Source of the DNA: an uncultured Chloroflexia bacterium
Lineage (GTDB): Bacteria; Chloroflexota; Limnocylindria; Limnocylindrales; CSP1-4
Length of the DNA stretch: 64,000 bases
Direction of reading: 5' to 3'
Assembly: GCA_963766735.1 (NCBI GenBank)
Contig: CAVYBU010000017.1
Span: 32,001 to 96,000, forward strand
The translations under genes were made by a program, and so were the position numbers. Position 1 is the first letter of the stretch. The number at the start of each line of letters is the position of its first letter. The notes beneath the pieces were generated by a model. That model saw nothing but the letters and a program-made list of their open reading frames with translations. It ran no database searches and was not told the DNA's origin. This document shows, piece after piece, positions 20,713 through 30,129 of this stretch.

Positions 20713-21885
20713 GTGAAGGCGCGGCGCAAGGCGGTGCCGGGCGGCCGGACGATGCGCACGCCGACGGTCCGCGTGGTCAAGCCCGCGATCCAGCGGGCAC
20801 CGTCGAAACCGCCCGGCGCGAGGGCTGCCGGGGCGGGGCCCTCCGGAACCGCGGGGCAGCAGGCGCGGCGCGGCCCGATCATCGAGCCCGCCGCCCAGCC
20901 CTCGCTCGACGCGCTCGGCGGCCGCCCGGTCCAGCTCGAGGTTGACCTTGGCCGTGGGTGCGCCCTGCCCAACCCGGTGATCGCGTCGGCGGGGCCGTTC
21001 GGGTACGGGGTTGAGGTCGCGGATCTCGTCGACCTGGAGCGGCTCGGCGGGATCGTCACGCGCGGGACGACCCTCAAGCCCCGGAGCGGGCAACCGGGGC
21101 CGCGCTTCGCCGAGGTGCCGGCCGGGCTCCTGGTGGGGGTGGGCCTGCAGAACCCGGGGATCGACGCGGTGCTGGACCGCTACGCCGAGACATGGGCGAA
21201 GTGGCCGGTGCCGGTGATCCTGAACCTGTGCGGGGAGTCGGCGGCAGAGCTTGCCGAGATGGCGCGACGGCTCGAGGGCTCGCCGGGCGTGGCGGGGATC
21301 GAGCTGAACCTCTCGTGCGGCGGGGCCGGCCGCGGCGGTGTCGTGTTTGCGATGGACGCGGACGCCGCGGCCTCGGCGGTGAGCGCCGTCCGGCGGGCGA
21401 CGGACCTGCCGATCATCGCGAAGCTGTCCGCGGCCGCCGCGGATGTCCGTTCCGTGGCGCGCGCGGTGGAGGCCGCGGGCGCAGACGCGATCAGCGCGAT
21501 CAACACGCTGCCGGGGTTCCTGCCGTCCGCGGACCGCCGGCGCGCGGCACTCGGGAGCGGGTACGGCGGGATCTCCGGGCCTGCGCTCAAGCCGATCGCG
21601 CTGCGTGTGGTCCACGAGATCGCCCAGGTCGTCGACGTGCCGATCATCGGGATCGGCGGGGTCTGCACCCTCGACGATGTGCTGGACCTGCTCGCGTGCG
21701 GAGCGTCCGCGGTGGGAGTGGGCGTCGCTGCGCTGGCGGACCCGATGCTCCCCGTTCGCCTGGCCGACGAGCTGGCCGACGCATGCCGAGCCCGCGGTGC
21801 GGCGTCCATCGCGGACCTGGTCGGGACCGCGCTCCCCGCCCGGCCGGGCGCTCCCTCGACGCGCGGCGCGGAGTACGCACGCTGA
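20713..21885 (+). CDS. pyrD: Dihydroorotate dehydrogenase family 1B catalytic subunit-like (divergent); start uncertain
   Basis: NPVIASAGPFGYG, GLQNPG, ELNLSC, AINT, GGISGPALKPIAL, IIGIGG. Confidence 0.85.
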   Translation: MKARRKAVPGGRTMRTPTVRVVKPAIQRAPSKPPGARAAGAGPSGTAGQQARRGPIIEPAAQPSLDALGGRPVQLEVDLGRGCALPNPVIASAGPFGYGVEVADLVDLERLGGIVTRGTTLKPRSGQPGPRFAEVPAGLLVGVGLQNPGIDAVLDRYAETWAKWPVPVILNLCGESAAELAEMARRLEGSPGVAGIELNLSCGGAGRGGVVFAMDADAAASAVSAVRRATDLPIIAKLSAAAADVRSVARAVEAAGADAISAINTLPGFLPSADRRRAALGSGYGGISGPALKPIALRVVHEIAQVVDVPIIGIGGVCTLDDVLDLLACGASAVGVGVAALADPMLPVRLADELADACRARGAASIADLVGTALPARPGAPSTRGAEYAR

Positions 21886-22154
21886 TGCCGGGACCGATGC
21901 TGGCCTGGCTGCTGGTGGTCAACGTGATCACGGCGGCGATGTACGCCCGGGACAAGATGGCCGCGAGGCGCCCCGGCGCGCGGCGGGTCCGCGAGCGGAC
22001 GCTATGGCTGCTCTGCTTCGCCGGCGGGGTGGGCGGCGCGTGGCTCGTCTTCTTCGGAATGCGCCACAAGACGCTCCACCGGTCGTTCTGGCTGGTGCAG
22101 GGTGCGGCGTCCATCCTCTGGATCGTGATCCTGCTCCGGCTGATCCTGGGCTGA
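21885..22154 (+). CDS. DUF1294 (YsdA-like) membrane protein
   Basis: MYARDKMAA...RVRERTL...GGVGGAW...RHKT. ATG overlaps the pyrD stop. Confidence 0.85.
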   Translation: MPGPMLAWLLVVNVITAAMYARDKMAARRPGARRVRERTLWLLCFAGGVGGAWLVFFGMRHKTLHRSFWLVQGAASILWIVILLRLILG

Positions 22155-22241
22155 GGCTGCTCACCGGGGCGTACCCGGGGCTCCCGGTCCCGCATCGGCC
22201 CGTGGTCCAGCGCCCCCGTCGCCCCCGGGTAGACTCCGGCG

Positions 22242-23618
22242 ATGACCACCACGGCATCGCAATCGGGCGTGGACCGCGAGCGCGTTCGCAGCCTCAAGAA
22301 CTCCGAGGACGCCCGCTTCGCTGCCGAGCATCCGCAGTCCGCCGCCCTGCTGGCGCGCGGCCGCGGCGTGATGCCCAACGGGGTCCCGATGTCGTGGCAG
22401 GTGGGCAGCTACCACCACCTCCCGATCTGGGTCGCCGATGGAAAGGGTGCCCGGTTCACGGACGTGGACGGCCACACCTACCACGACTTCAACATCGCCG
22501 ACATGTCGATGTTCTGCGGCTATGGACCGGAGCCCCTCGTCCGCGCGGTCGCCGACCGGATGGCACGTGGCAACCAGTTCCTGTTGCCGAACGAGGACGC
22601 CATCGTCGTCTCGGAACTGCTCCGGGATCGTTTCGGCCTCCCGAAGTGGCAGTACACGAGTTCCGCGACGCACGCCAACACCGAGGCGATCCGCGTCGCC
22701 CGCGTGATGACCGGCCGCGACCGCGTCCTCATGTTCGACGGCAAGTACCACGGACACCTGGATGAGGCGCTGGTGGAGCTGGACGACGACGGTCGCGTGG
22801 TGCCCGAGGAGCGGGGCGTTCCATCGGACACGCCGAGCGGCACGGTCCTGGTCCAGTTCAACGACCCCGCGGCTCTCGCGACCGCCCTTGAGCGGCGGGA
22901 CATCGCAATCGTGCTGACGGAGCCGGCGATCACGAACAACATCGGCCTCCTGATGCCGGCCCCAGGCTTCCACGATGAGCTGCGGCGCATCACGCGCGAG
23001 ACCGGCACGCTGCTCGCGATCGACGAGACGCACACGCAGGTCGTGGGACCGGGGGGACTCACCCGGCAGTGGGGGCTGCGGCCCGACTTCGTCACCATTG
23101 GCAAGTCCGTCGCGGGAGGCCTGCCGTTCGGAGCCTGGGGCATGACCGACGAGATCGCCGAGGTCCTCGTGCAGCGCAAGGGCGCGGACGGCGAGCGCGC
23201 GAACCTGGTTGCCACCGGTGGCACGATCTTCGGCAACGCGCTCGCAATGGCGGCCGCACGGTCGGTCATGACCGAGATCCTCACGCCCGAGGCCTACGCG
23301 CACACCGGGCGCCTGGGGGCCATGCTGGCGAGCGGAATGCGCGCGTCGGTCCAGGCACACGGGCTGCCGTGGCACGTCCACCACCTGGGGCCGCGGTCCG
23401 GCTACACATTCCAGCCGGTGCCCATCCGGAACGGCGCCGAGGGCCGTGCCTGCGCCGACGAGATGCTGACGCGGCTGATCCGGGCCTGGCTGGCCAACCG
23501 CGGCGTGTGGGAGGCGATCGTGGGGGCGGGTCCGGTCTGTCCGGTGCCGGCAGTGGACGAGGACGTGGACGCGTATCTCGTGGCCTGGGACTCGCTGCTC
23601 GAGGCGCTGACGGCCTGA
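22242..23618 (+). CDS. Class III PLP aminotransferase (GSA aminomutase-like)
   Basis: GKGARFTDVDGH, FDGKYHG, TEPA, IDETHT, GKSVAGGLPFGA, GGTIFGN. Confidence 0.88.
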   Translation: MTTTASQSGVDRERVRSLKNSEDARFAAEHPQSAALLARGRGVMPNGVPMSWQVGSYHHLPIWVADGKGARFTDVDGHTYHDFNIADMSMFCGYGPEPLVRAVADRMARGNQFLLPNEDAIVVSELLRDRFGLPKWQYTSSATHANTEAIRVARVMTGRDRVLMFDGKYHGHLDEALVELDDDGRVVPEERGVPSDTPSGTVLVQFNDPAALATALERRDIAIVLTEPAITNNIGLLMPAPGFHDELRRITRETGTLLAIDETHTQVVGPGGLTRQWGLRPDFVTIGKSVAGGLPFGAWGMTDEIAEVLVQRKGADGERANLVATGGTIFGNALAMAAARSVMTEILTPEAYAHTGRLGAMLASGMRASVQAHGLPWHVHHLGPRSGYTFQPVPIRNGAEGRACADEMLTRLIRAWLANRGVWEAIVGAGPVCPVPAVDEDVDAYLVAWDSLLEALTA

Positions 23619-23635
23619 GCCGCGGCGTCGTCCGC

Positions 23636-24805
23636 CTACCGTTCCCGCTCGAGCGCGTCCCCGATCGCGACGGCGGCGGCCAGCGCAAGCTCGTGCTTCG
23701 CCTCGTCCAGTGGGATCGGCTGCGTGGACAGCTTGACGATGACCGCGTCCGCGGGCCGGTGGACCAGCAGCATCTGGCCGTGGATCCCGAGACCGGAGTA
23801 GATGCCGCGGTCCGCGTCCAGCACCCACCACTGGTCGTGGTAGTGCGAGCTCGGCGTCACGACGCTCTCGTGCTCCAGGCCCTCCCCGAAGGCCGCGACC
23901 AGGTCCGGGCGCGGCGTCCCGACCCGGGCAACCCAGTCCGCCGGCAGCACGCGGCGCCCACCGATGGAGCCCCCCTGGAGGTACATCAGCCCGAAGCGGG
24001 CCAGGTCTCGGAGCGTGACGCACAGCCCGCCGTCCGCGACCGGCGCGCCGCCGGCGTCGATGGTCACGAACGCGTCGTGCTCCGCGCCGAGCGGGCCCCA
24101 CACGTGGTGGGCGAACAGGTTCGCGTACGTGTCGCCGCCGGCGCGCTCCAGCACCCAGCCGAGGACGTCGGTGAGGATCGAGCGGTACTCGAAAGCTCCG
24201 CCGTGGGCCCCCTGGTTCGAGAGGCCGGCCATGTAGGCATACAGGTCGGGCGGCAGGTCCGAGCGGGTGCGCGGTCGCCAGCCGCTGACCTCCTCGCTGA
24301 TCCGCACGTCAGAGGCCGGGTCCTCGTACTCCTCGGAGAAGCGGGTTCCGGCACGCATGTCCAGGAGGTGCTGCACGGTGCAGCCCTCGAACGAGCCGCC
24401 ACGGAGCTCGTCCACGTACGCGGTCAGCGGGGCATCCGGATCCAGCAAGCCGGCACCCACCAGGGCGCCGGTCAGGCCGGAGGTCAGCGACTTGGACACC
24501 GACTGGAGGAGATGGGGCGTGCCCTCCGTCGCGTGGCCGCCGTATCGCTCCACCAGGATCCGGCCGTGGTGCAGCACGAGGAAGCCGTCGGTCTCTGTGG
24601 CGGCAAGGACGTCTCCCACGCTATGGCGAGCACCGCCGATGCTGAATTCGACGCCGTCGAGGTCGCGCTCCGCGCGGGGCAGCGGTGACGGTTGTCCGGC
24701 GGGGTGGGGGACACCTGCCGTGGGGAGGATGTCCGGGACGTTGAGGTACGACCAGCGCAGGTTGTCGGGGTCCTGCCAGTTCGCTGCGGTGACGAGGTGC
24801 TGCAT
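23636..24805 (-). CDS. Serine hydrolase, beta-lactamase fold (6-aminohexanoate-dimer hydrolase NylB-like)
   Basis: QSVSKS (SxxK), LLDMRAG, FEYRSILTDVLGW, GLGIHGQ. Confidence 0.88.
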   Translation of the reverse strand: MQHLVTAANWQDPDNLRWSYLNVPDILPTAGVPHPAGQPSPLPRAERDLDGVEFSIGGARHSVGDVLAATETDGFLVLHHGRILVERYGGHATEGTPHLLQSVSKSLTSGLTGALVGAGLLDPDAPLTAYVDELRGGSFEGCTVQHLLDMRAGTRFSEEYEDPASDVRISEEVSGWRPRTRSDLPPDLYAYMAGLSNQGAHGGAFEYRSILTDVLGWVLERAGGDTYANLFAHHVWGPLGAEHDAFVTIDAGGAPVADGGLCVTLRDLARFGLMYLQGGSIGGRRVLPADWVARVGTPRPDLVAAFGEGLEHESVVTPSSHYHDQWWVLDADRGIYSGLGIHGQMLLVHRPADAVIVKLSTQPIPLDEAKHELALAAAVAIGDALERER

Positions 24806-24872
24806 GGGTGAATGGTCCCGCATCCGGGCGGGCTTCGCGCCGGTTCTCACGGTCCCGCCTAGAATCGCATCC

Positions 24873-25559
24873 ATGACCACCCTGAAGCGAACCCTCGGGG
24901 AGACGGCCCGGCGCGCCGTCGCCGCCAGGACCGAGGCCCTGTTCCGCGCCAGCGGTGCCCTGCGCGAGGGCCACTTCACGCTCAAGAGCGGACGGCACTC
25001 GGATGCCTACCTGGAGAAGTTCCAGGTGCTCCAGGACCCTGCGGCAACGAGCGAGCTGTGCGGGTTCTGGGCTGCCGGCCATCGCCGCGAGGACGACACG
25101 CCGGACGTGGACGTGGTTGCCGGCCCGACCACCGGCGGCGTGATGCTCGCCTTCGAGACCGGCCGCCAGCTGGGCACCCGCGCCATCTTTGCCGAGGAGG
25201 TGGCCGATCCGGACGGCAACGCACCGCGCCGCGAGTTCCGTCGCGGCTTCACGATCACGCCCGGGGAGCGCGTCCTCCTGGTGGACGACATCCTCACGAC
25301 CGGCGGCTCGCTGATGGCCATGATCCCGGCCGTGGAGGCGATGGGCGGCGAGATCATCGAGTGCGTGGTGATCGTGGATCGCTCCGGAGGGCTGGCAGCC
25401 ATCACCTCTCCGGTCACCGGCCGCGTCTACCCGCTCCGGGCGCTGTGGCAGCTGGAGCTTCCCACGTACGAACCCGGTCCGGCCACCTGCCCGCGGTGCG
25501 CGACCGGCGAGCCCGAGATCACGCCCGGAAGCAGCGGTACGGGGATGTCGCCCGCGTGA
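24873..25559 (+). CDS. pyrE: Orotate phosphoribosyltransferase
   Basis: GHFTLKSGRHSDAYLEK, FRRGF, LLVDDILTTGGS (PRPP motif), DRSGG. Confidence 0.93.
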   Translation: MTTLKRTLGETARRAVAARTEALFRASGALREGHFTLKSGRHSDAYLEKFQVLQDPAATSELCGFWAAGHRREDDTPDVDVVAGPTTGGVMLAFETGRQLGTRAIFAEEVADPDGNAPRREFRRGFTITPGERVLLVDDILTTGGSLMAMIPAVEAMGGEIIECVVIVDRSGGLAAITSPVTGRVYPLRALWQLELPTYEPGPATCPRCATGEPEITPGSSGTGMSPA

Positions 25560-25614
25560 TGGTCACCCGGGCGTGCGCGACGTCGCGTCTGGCCTGGGTG
25601 ACGGTCGGGGCCGC

Positions 25615-26589
25615 CTAGGAGCCCGCGATCTCCGCGATCACCGTCTTGAGCTCCTGCTCGGTCACCACGCCCTCGAACGAGCCGCGGACGATCCCGTTCC
25701 GATCCACCGCGAACACCCACGGCTCCGTCAGGATTCCCCACTCGTTCACCGACTGGACCGGCTGCAGCTGGTTGTTCGCGTCCAGCACCGGCTGAAGGCG
25801 CCCGTCCGTGTAGGTGAGCTGGTACGGCTCCACGTTGATGAACGCCACCGTCGAGGGTGACGTCTTCGCGACCGACTTGATCAGGTCGAGCGTCGGCCCG
25901 CACTGGGCGCTCTTGCAGAACGCGGGCGTGGCGAACGCGAGCACGAAGGGCGTGCGGCGTGCCAGCGCGTCGTCCACCGAGACGCGGTAGAACGCCGGGT
26001 CCGGCTGCAGGTCCGTGGCCAGCCTGCGGAGGTCGCCGCCCACATCCGTGATGGTCGGGGTCTTCGAGACGGGCGCCGGCTCGCCGACGGCGACGGTCGC
26101 GCCCTCCTGGGCCACCTGGAAGCCGACACCGATCGCCTCGGCCTCGCCGCCGGCAGCCTGCGTGATGAAGATGGCCTTCCAGTCGCCCGCGGACGGGAAG
26201 TCAACGTGCGCGATGTAGTCGCCGCGCGTCTCCGGGATCCCCCACACGAACTCCGCCTCGACGGCCGTCCCGGGATCGGTCTCGCCCGGCGCGATGAAGG
26301 CCACGGAGGCCGTGCGGTCCGGAGCCGCCGCCGGGAGGTTGGTCTCGGGATCCAGGAACGAGAACAGGAAGCGGTTCGGCCCCACCACCTGCTGCCCGCT
26401 GATGATCACGGGGATCACCGTGGGCCCCCCGGTGGCGGCCGAGGCTTCGGCGGAGGCATCCGGTGCTGCGGTCTGGGTCACGGGCACCGGCACGGCCGAT
26501 GGGCCCTCTCGGCCGCCGCCGCAGGCAGCAACGCTGACGACGAAGGCGAGGACGGCGGGCACGGCGAGGACGGGGAGGAACCGGCGCAT
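25615..26589 (-). CDS. Lipoprotein with C-terminal thioredoxin-like domain (CxxxxC)
   Basis: Lipobox-like VAAC; FATPAFCKSAQCGP; TEPWVFAVDRNGIV (Trx-fold cis-Pro region). Confidence 0.7.
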   Translation of the reverse strand: MRRFLPVLAVPAVLAFVVSVAACGGGREGPSAVPVPVTQTAAPDASAEASAATGGPTVIPVIISGQQVVGPNRFLFSFLDPETNLPAAAPDRTASVAFIAPGETDPGTAVEAEFVWGIPETRGDYIAHVDFPSAGDWKAIFITQAAGGEAEAIGVGFQVAQEGATVAVGEPAPVSKTPTITDVGGDLRRLATDLQPDPAFYRVSVDDALARRTPFVLAFATPAFCKSAQCGPTLDLIKSVAKTSPSTVAFINVEPYQLTYTDGRLQPVLDANNQLQPVQSVNEWGILTEPWVFAVDRNGIVRGSFEGVVTEQELKTVIAEIAGS

Positions 26590-26747
26590 GTGCTGGAGGG
26601 TAGCCCGACCCGCCGCTCCTTGCGGAATCCGTGCCTTGTCGCGACGCGGCGGGCTCTCCCGCGAGCCGAGGCCCTACTATGGGCCCGGCGTCCCGCAGTG
26701 CCCGCCCCGTCCAGTACCCCTCGCCCCGGAGGACCAACGCGCCACCC

Positions 26748-28685
26748 GTGACCCGCTTCCAGAAGATGACCGCCGTCACCATCGTGGCGACCCTGCTCCT
26801 CGTGACCCTCGGCGTGGTCGTCCGTGCGACCGGCTCCGGCATGGGCTGCCCGGACTGGCCCACCTGTCACGGCGAATGGATCCCGCCCACCGACGACTAC
26901 AGGGCGTGGCTGGAGTGGTGGCACCGGACCGTCGCCGCCACGATCGGCATCCTGATCCTGGGCGTCGCCTTCCTGGCCTGGAAGTACCACCGGGACCGCC
27001 GCTCGATCCTGTGGCCAAGCGTCGCCGCCGTGCTGCTCGTGGGATTCCAGGCATGGCTCGGCCGCGAGACGGTCCGTCTCAACAACTCCGGCGAGTCTGT
27101 CACGGCCCACCTGGCAGCCGCGATGGCGCTCCTCGGCGTGCTGGTCTACGTGCTCGTGCGCAGCTACTACCCGGCGAGGTTCACCGGCCGCGGGGCCAGC
27201 CAGCGGTTCACGCTTCTCGCGTCGTTCAGCGCGGCGGCCACCTTCGCGCTGCTGCTGTTCGGGTCCAACGTGACCGCCACCTCGCAGTGGTACGTGTTCC
27301 CCGACTGGCCCCTCATGGACGGCGGCCTGTTCCCGGCCCTGACCGACATGAACTCCGCCCACGTGCTTCACCGGTGGGTGGCCGGGGTCGTTGGCCTGGT
27401 GGTGATCGGGACCGGCTGGGCGGCCTGGAGGACGCAGCGCTCGCACCCGGTGCTGGTGCGCCTGGGCGTGGCAGCCGCGATCCTGTTCCCGCTCCAGGCG
27501 CTGGTGGGCGGCCTGCAGGTCCTGACGGGTCTCGACGAGTGGACGCAGACGATCCACCTGGCGCTCGGGGCCGTGATCTGGGTGATCGCGGCGGCGCTGG
27601 CCATCGCCGCCTACTACGAGGCCAGGCTGGCCGCACCGCCGCCGCCCGAAGCGGCGATGGCGCCGACCACGCCCCCCACGGGCGGTGAGGCCGGCGGCGG
27701 TGCCCGTTCCGCTGGCGATGCCGATCCGGCTGGCGAGCCCCCGGCTGACGACGCATCGGTCGCTCCCGCGCCCCGCCGCTCGGACGCCGTCCGCGCCTAC
27801 ATCGCCCTGACCAAGCCCCGGATCATCGAGCTGCTGCTCGTCACCACGATCCCCGCCATGGTCCTGGCCACGCGCGACCTGCCCGGGATGAATGTCCCCG
27901 AATGGCTGCGCCTGGTCTTCTGGACGATGCTCAGCGGTTCGCTGGCGGCCGGTTCTGCAAACGCCATCAACCAGTACCTCGACCGTGACATCGACCTGCT
28001 CATGGTCCGCACGCGCCGCCGGCCGCTGCCCGCCAACAACGTGGCGCCCGAGAACGCGGTGGTCTTCGGGATCATCCTGGGCGTGATCTCGATCGCCATG
28101 ATGGCGTTCTTCGTCAACCTCGTCGCCGCTTTCCTGACCCTGCTCGCAATCGCGTTCTACGTCTTCGTCTACACGCTGCTCCTCAAGCGCTCAACGCCGT
28201 CGAACATCGTTATCGGTGGTGCCGCGGGAGCCCTGCCGCCGGTGATCGGTTGGGCGGCGGTGACCGGGCGGGTGGAGATCCCAGCCCTGCTCCTCTTCGC
28301 CCTCGTCTTCTACTGGACCCCGCCGCACTTCTGGGCGCTCGCGCTGCGCATCCGCAAGGATTACGAGGCGGCCAGCGTGCCGATGCTGCCCGTCGTGAAG
28401 GGCGTGCCGGAGACGGCGCGCCAGATTGCGCTCTACACGATGCTCCTCGTTGCCATCAGCCTGGTCTTCTTCGCTGTGGCGCAGATGGGGATCGTCTACC
28501 TGGTCGCCGCCGTCGGGCTGGGTGCCATCTTCCTGTGGCGGGCGTTCGTCCTGTGGCGCCAGGCCTCCTCCCCGGAGGCATCTCTTGCCCAGGCGATCCG
28601 CCTCTACAAGTTCTCCATCAGCTACCTGACACTCCTGTTCGCGGCCGTTGCGGTGGACACGCTCGTCGTCAGCTCGTTCACCTGA
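26748..28685 (+). CDS. ctaA-ctaB: Fused heme A synthase (CtaA/COX15) and protoheme IX farnesyltransferase (CtaB/CyoE)
   Basis: N-half GSGMGCPDWPTCHG, EWWHR, AHL, VLHR, IHL. C-half LTKPRII, NQYLDRDIDLLMVRTRRRPLP, YTLLLKR, WTPPHFWAL. Confidence 0.92.
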   Translation: MTRFQKMTAVTIVATLLLVTLGVVVRATGSGMGCPDWPTCHGEWIPPTDDYRAWLEWWHRTVAATIGILILGVAFLAWKYHRDRRSILWPSVAAVLLVGFQAWLGRETVRLNNSGESVTAHLAAAMALLGVLVYVLVRSYYPARFTGRGASQRFTLLASFSAAATFALLLFGSNVTATSQWYVFPDWPLMDGGLFPALTDMNSAHVLHRWVAGVVGLVVIGTGWAAWRTQRSHPVLVRLGVAAAILFPLQALVGGLQVLTGLDEWTQTIHLALGAVIWVIAAALAIAAYYEARLAAPPPPEAAMAPTTPPTGGEAGGGARSAGDADPAGEPPADDASVAPAPRRSDAVRAYIALTKPRIIELLLVTTIPAMVLATRDLPGMNVPEWLRLVFWTMLSGSLAAGSANAINQYLDRDIDLLMVRTRRRPLPANNVAPENAVVFGIILGVISIAMMAFFVNLVAAFLTLLAIAFYVFVYTLLLKRSTPSNIVIGGAAGALPPVIGWAAVTGRVEIPALLLFALVFYWTPPHFWALALRIRKDYEAASVPMLPVVKGVPETARQIALYTMLLVAISLVFFAVAQMGIVYLVAAVGLGAIFLWRAFVLWRQASSPEASLAQAIRLYKFSISYLTLLFAAVAVDTLVVSSFT

Positions 28686-28702
28686 CCGGGAGGACCAGCG
28701 GG

Positions 28703-29344
28703 ATGGTGCGCAGGATGCGTGGCGGGATCGGCGGTTCAGGAGCCGCGTCGCCGGATGCCACGGTCGTGCGCACACGCCCCGCGCCGCGCCGCGTGGGGCT
28801 CGTCCTCGTGGCGCTGCTCCTGGTCCTGGCGTCGGCCCCGGCGACCACCCCCGCGCTGGCGTCCTGTGCGCCGCCCCGTCCAATCCAGGAGTCGCTGCTC
28901 CTCGCCGACGCGGTGGTGGTCGGCACCGTCACCCACCTGGAGAACGGCGGCCGGTGGATCACCGTCCGGGTGGAGGAGCGCTGGCGGGCACCTGACTCGC
29001 TGCCGGACACGATCGAAGTCCGGGGTGGCCCGGAGCCCGGGGCCAGCACATCGGTCGACCGTGTCTTCGGGGAGGGCCGCTACCTGTTCGTCCTCACCGG
29101 CGGCCCCGAGACCTTCACGGACAACGCGTGCTCGGCGACGACGATCTGGTCCGATGACCTTGCGGCGCTCCGGCCGTCGGGCGTGTCGCCCGCCGCGGAC
29201 GTCGTGGCGGGCGAGCCGATGGCCCCCCTGGACCTCGACGTCATCGTGCCCCTCGCGGCGCTCATCGGCGCTCTCGCCATCGCCCTGATCTCGTACCTGC
29301 TCATCCTGCGGTCCCGCGGCCGGCCGCCCGACTGGATGCGCTGA
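28703..29344 (+). CDS. Secreted, C-terminally anchored protein with a TIMP/NTR-like OB domain
   Basis: Signal peptide ending ALA, SCAPP...ADAVVVGTV...GRYLF...NACS, C-terminal TM helix. Confidence 0.55.
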   Translation: MVRRMRGGIGGSGAASPDATVVRTRPAPRRVGLVLVALLLVLASAPATTPALASCAPPRPIQESLLLADAVVVGTVTHLENGGRWITVRVEERWRAPDSLPDTIEVRGGPEPGASTSVDRVFGEGRYLFVLTGGPETFTDNACSATTIWSDDLAALRPSGVSPAADVVAGEPMAPLDLDVIVPLAALIGALAIALISYLLILRSRGRPPDWMR

Positions 29345-29398
29345 CAGCGGTCGGGCACTCCGCCCCCTGCGACGGAGCCGTCCACGGCGGTTCTCCGC

Positions 29399-30064
29399 CT
29401 ACTCGCCGACCACCCCACGAGCTTCGATCGCCGCCCGGCGGCGCCGCGAGACCCGGCCCTCGCGGTCGAACACGCCCAACGTGATCTGCACCAGGGGTCC
29501 GATCGCCAGCGCGAACACGATGGTCCCGAGGCCGATCGTGCCGCCCATCAGGAACCCTGCCACCAGGACCAGCAGCTCGATCAGGGTGCGCGCCCTGCGG
29601 ATCGACCATCCGAAGCGCACGTGGAGCCCGGTCATCAGCCCGTCCCGCGGCCCCGGCCCGAGATCGGAGGCGAGGTACAGGCCAGAGCCGATCGCGATGG
29701 TGACGACGCCGCCCAGCATCATCGCCAGCTGGATCGGCAGGTCTACCGCGGTTGGCAGGATGGACATCGCCACGTTGGTGGCCGTGCCGATGAACACGAT
29801 GTTGAGCACGGTCCCGATACCGGGCCGCTCGCCCAGGGGCCACCAGGCCGCCAGGACCGGGATGCCGACGAGGATGCTGACCGTTCCCAGCTCCAGGCCC
29901 GTGAGCCGGCTGATGCCCTGGTGGAAGACCTCCCACGGACCGAGGCCAAGGCCGGCGCGCGCCATCAGCGCGATGCCCACCCCGAAGATCACGAGGCCGA
30001 CGATGAGGCCAGGCAGGCGTGGCAGGACGACTCTGGGCGCCCAGCGATCGGTGGAGGTGGTCAC
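29399..30064 (-). CDS. YczE/YitT-family membrane protein
   Basis: AGLGLGPWEVFHQG, PGIGT, LGPGPRDGLM, GGTIGLGT. Confidence 0.88.
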   Translation of the reverse strand: MTTSTDRWAPRVVLPRLPGLIVGLVIFGVGIALMARAGLGLGPWEVFHQGISRLTGLELGTVSILVGIPVLAAWWPLGERPGIGTVLNIVFIGTATNVAMSILPTAVDLPIQLAMMLGGVVTIAIGSGLYLASDLGPGPRDGLMTGLHVRFGWSIRRARTLIELLVLVAGFLMGGTIGLGTIVFALAIGPLVQITLGVFDREGRVSRRRRAAIEARGVVGE

Positions 30065-30129
30065 GGCGGCGATGGTACCCGGGAGGTCAGGCCCTGCCGC
30101 GGCCCTGCCGGGTGTGTCAGGATCCGCGC

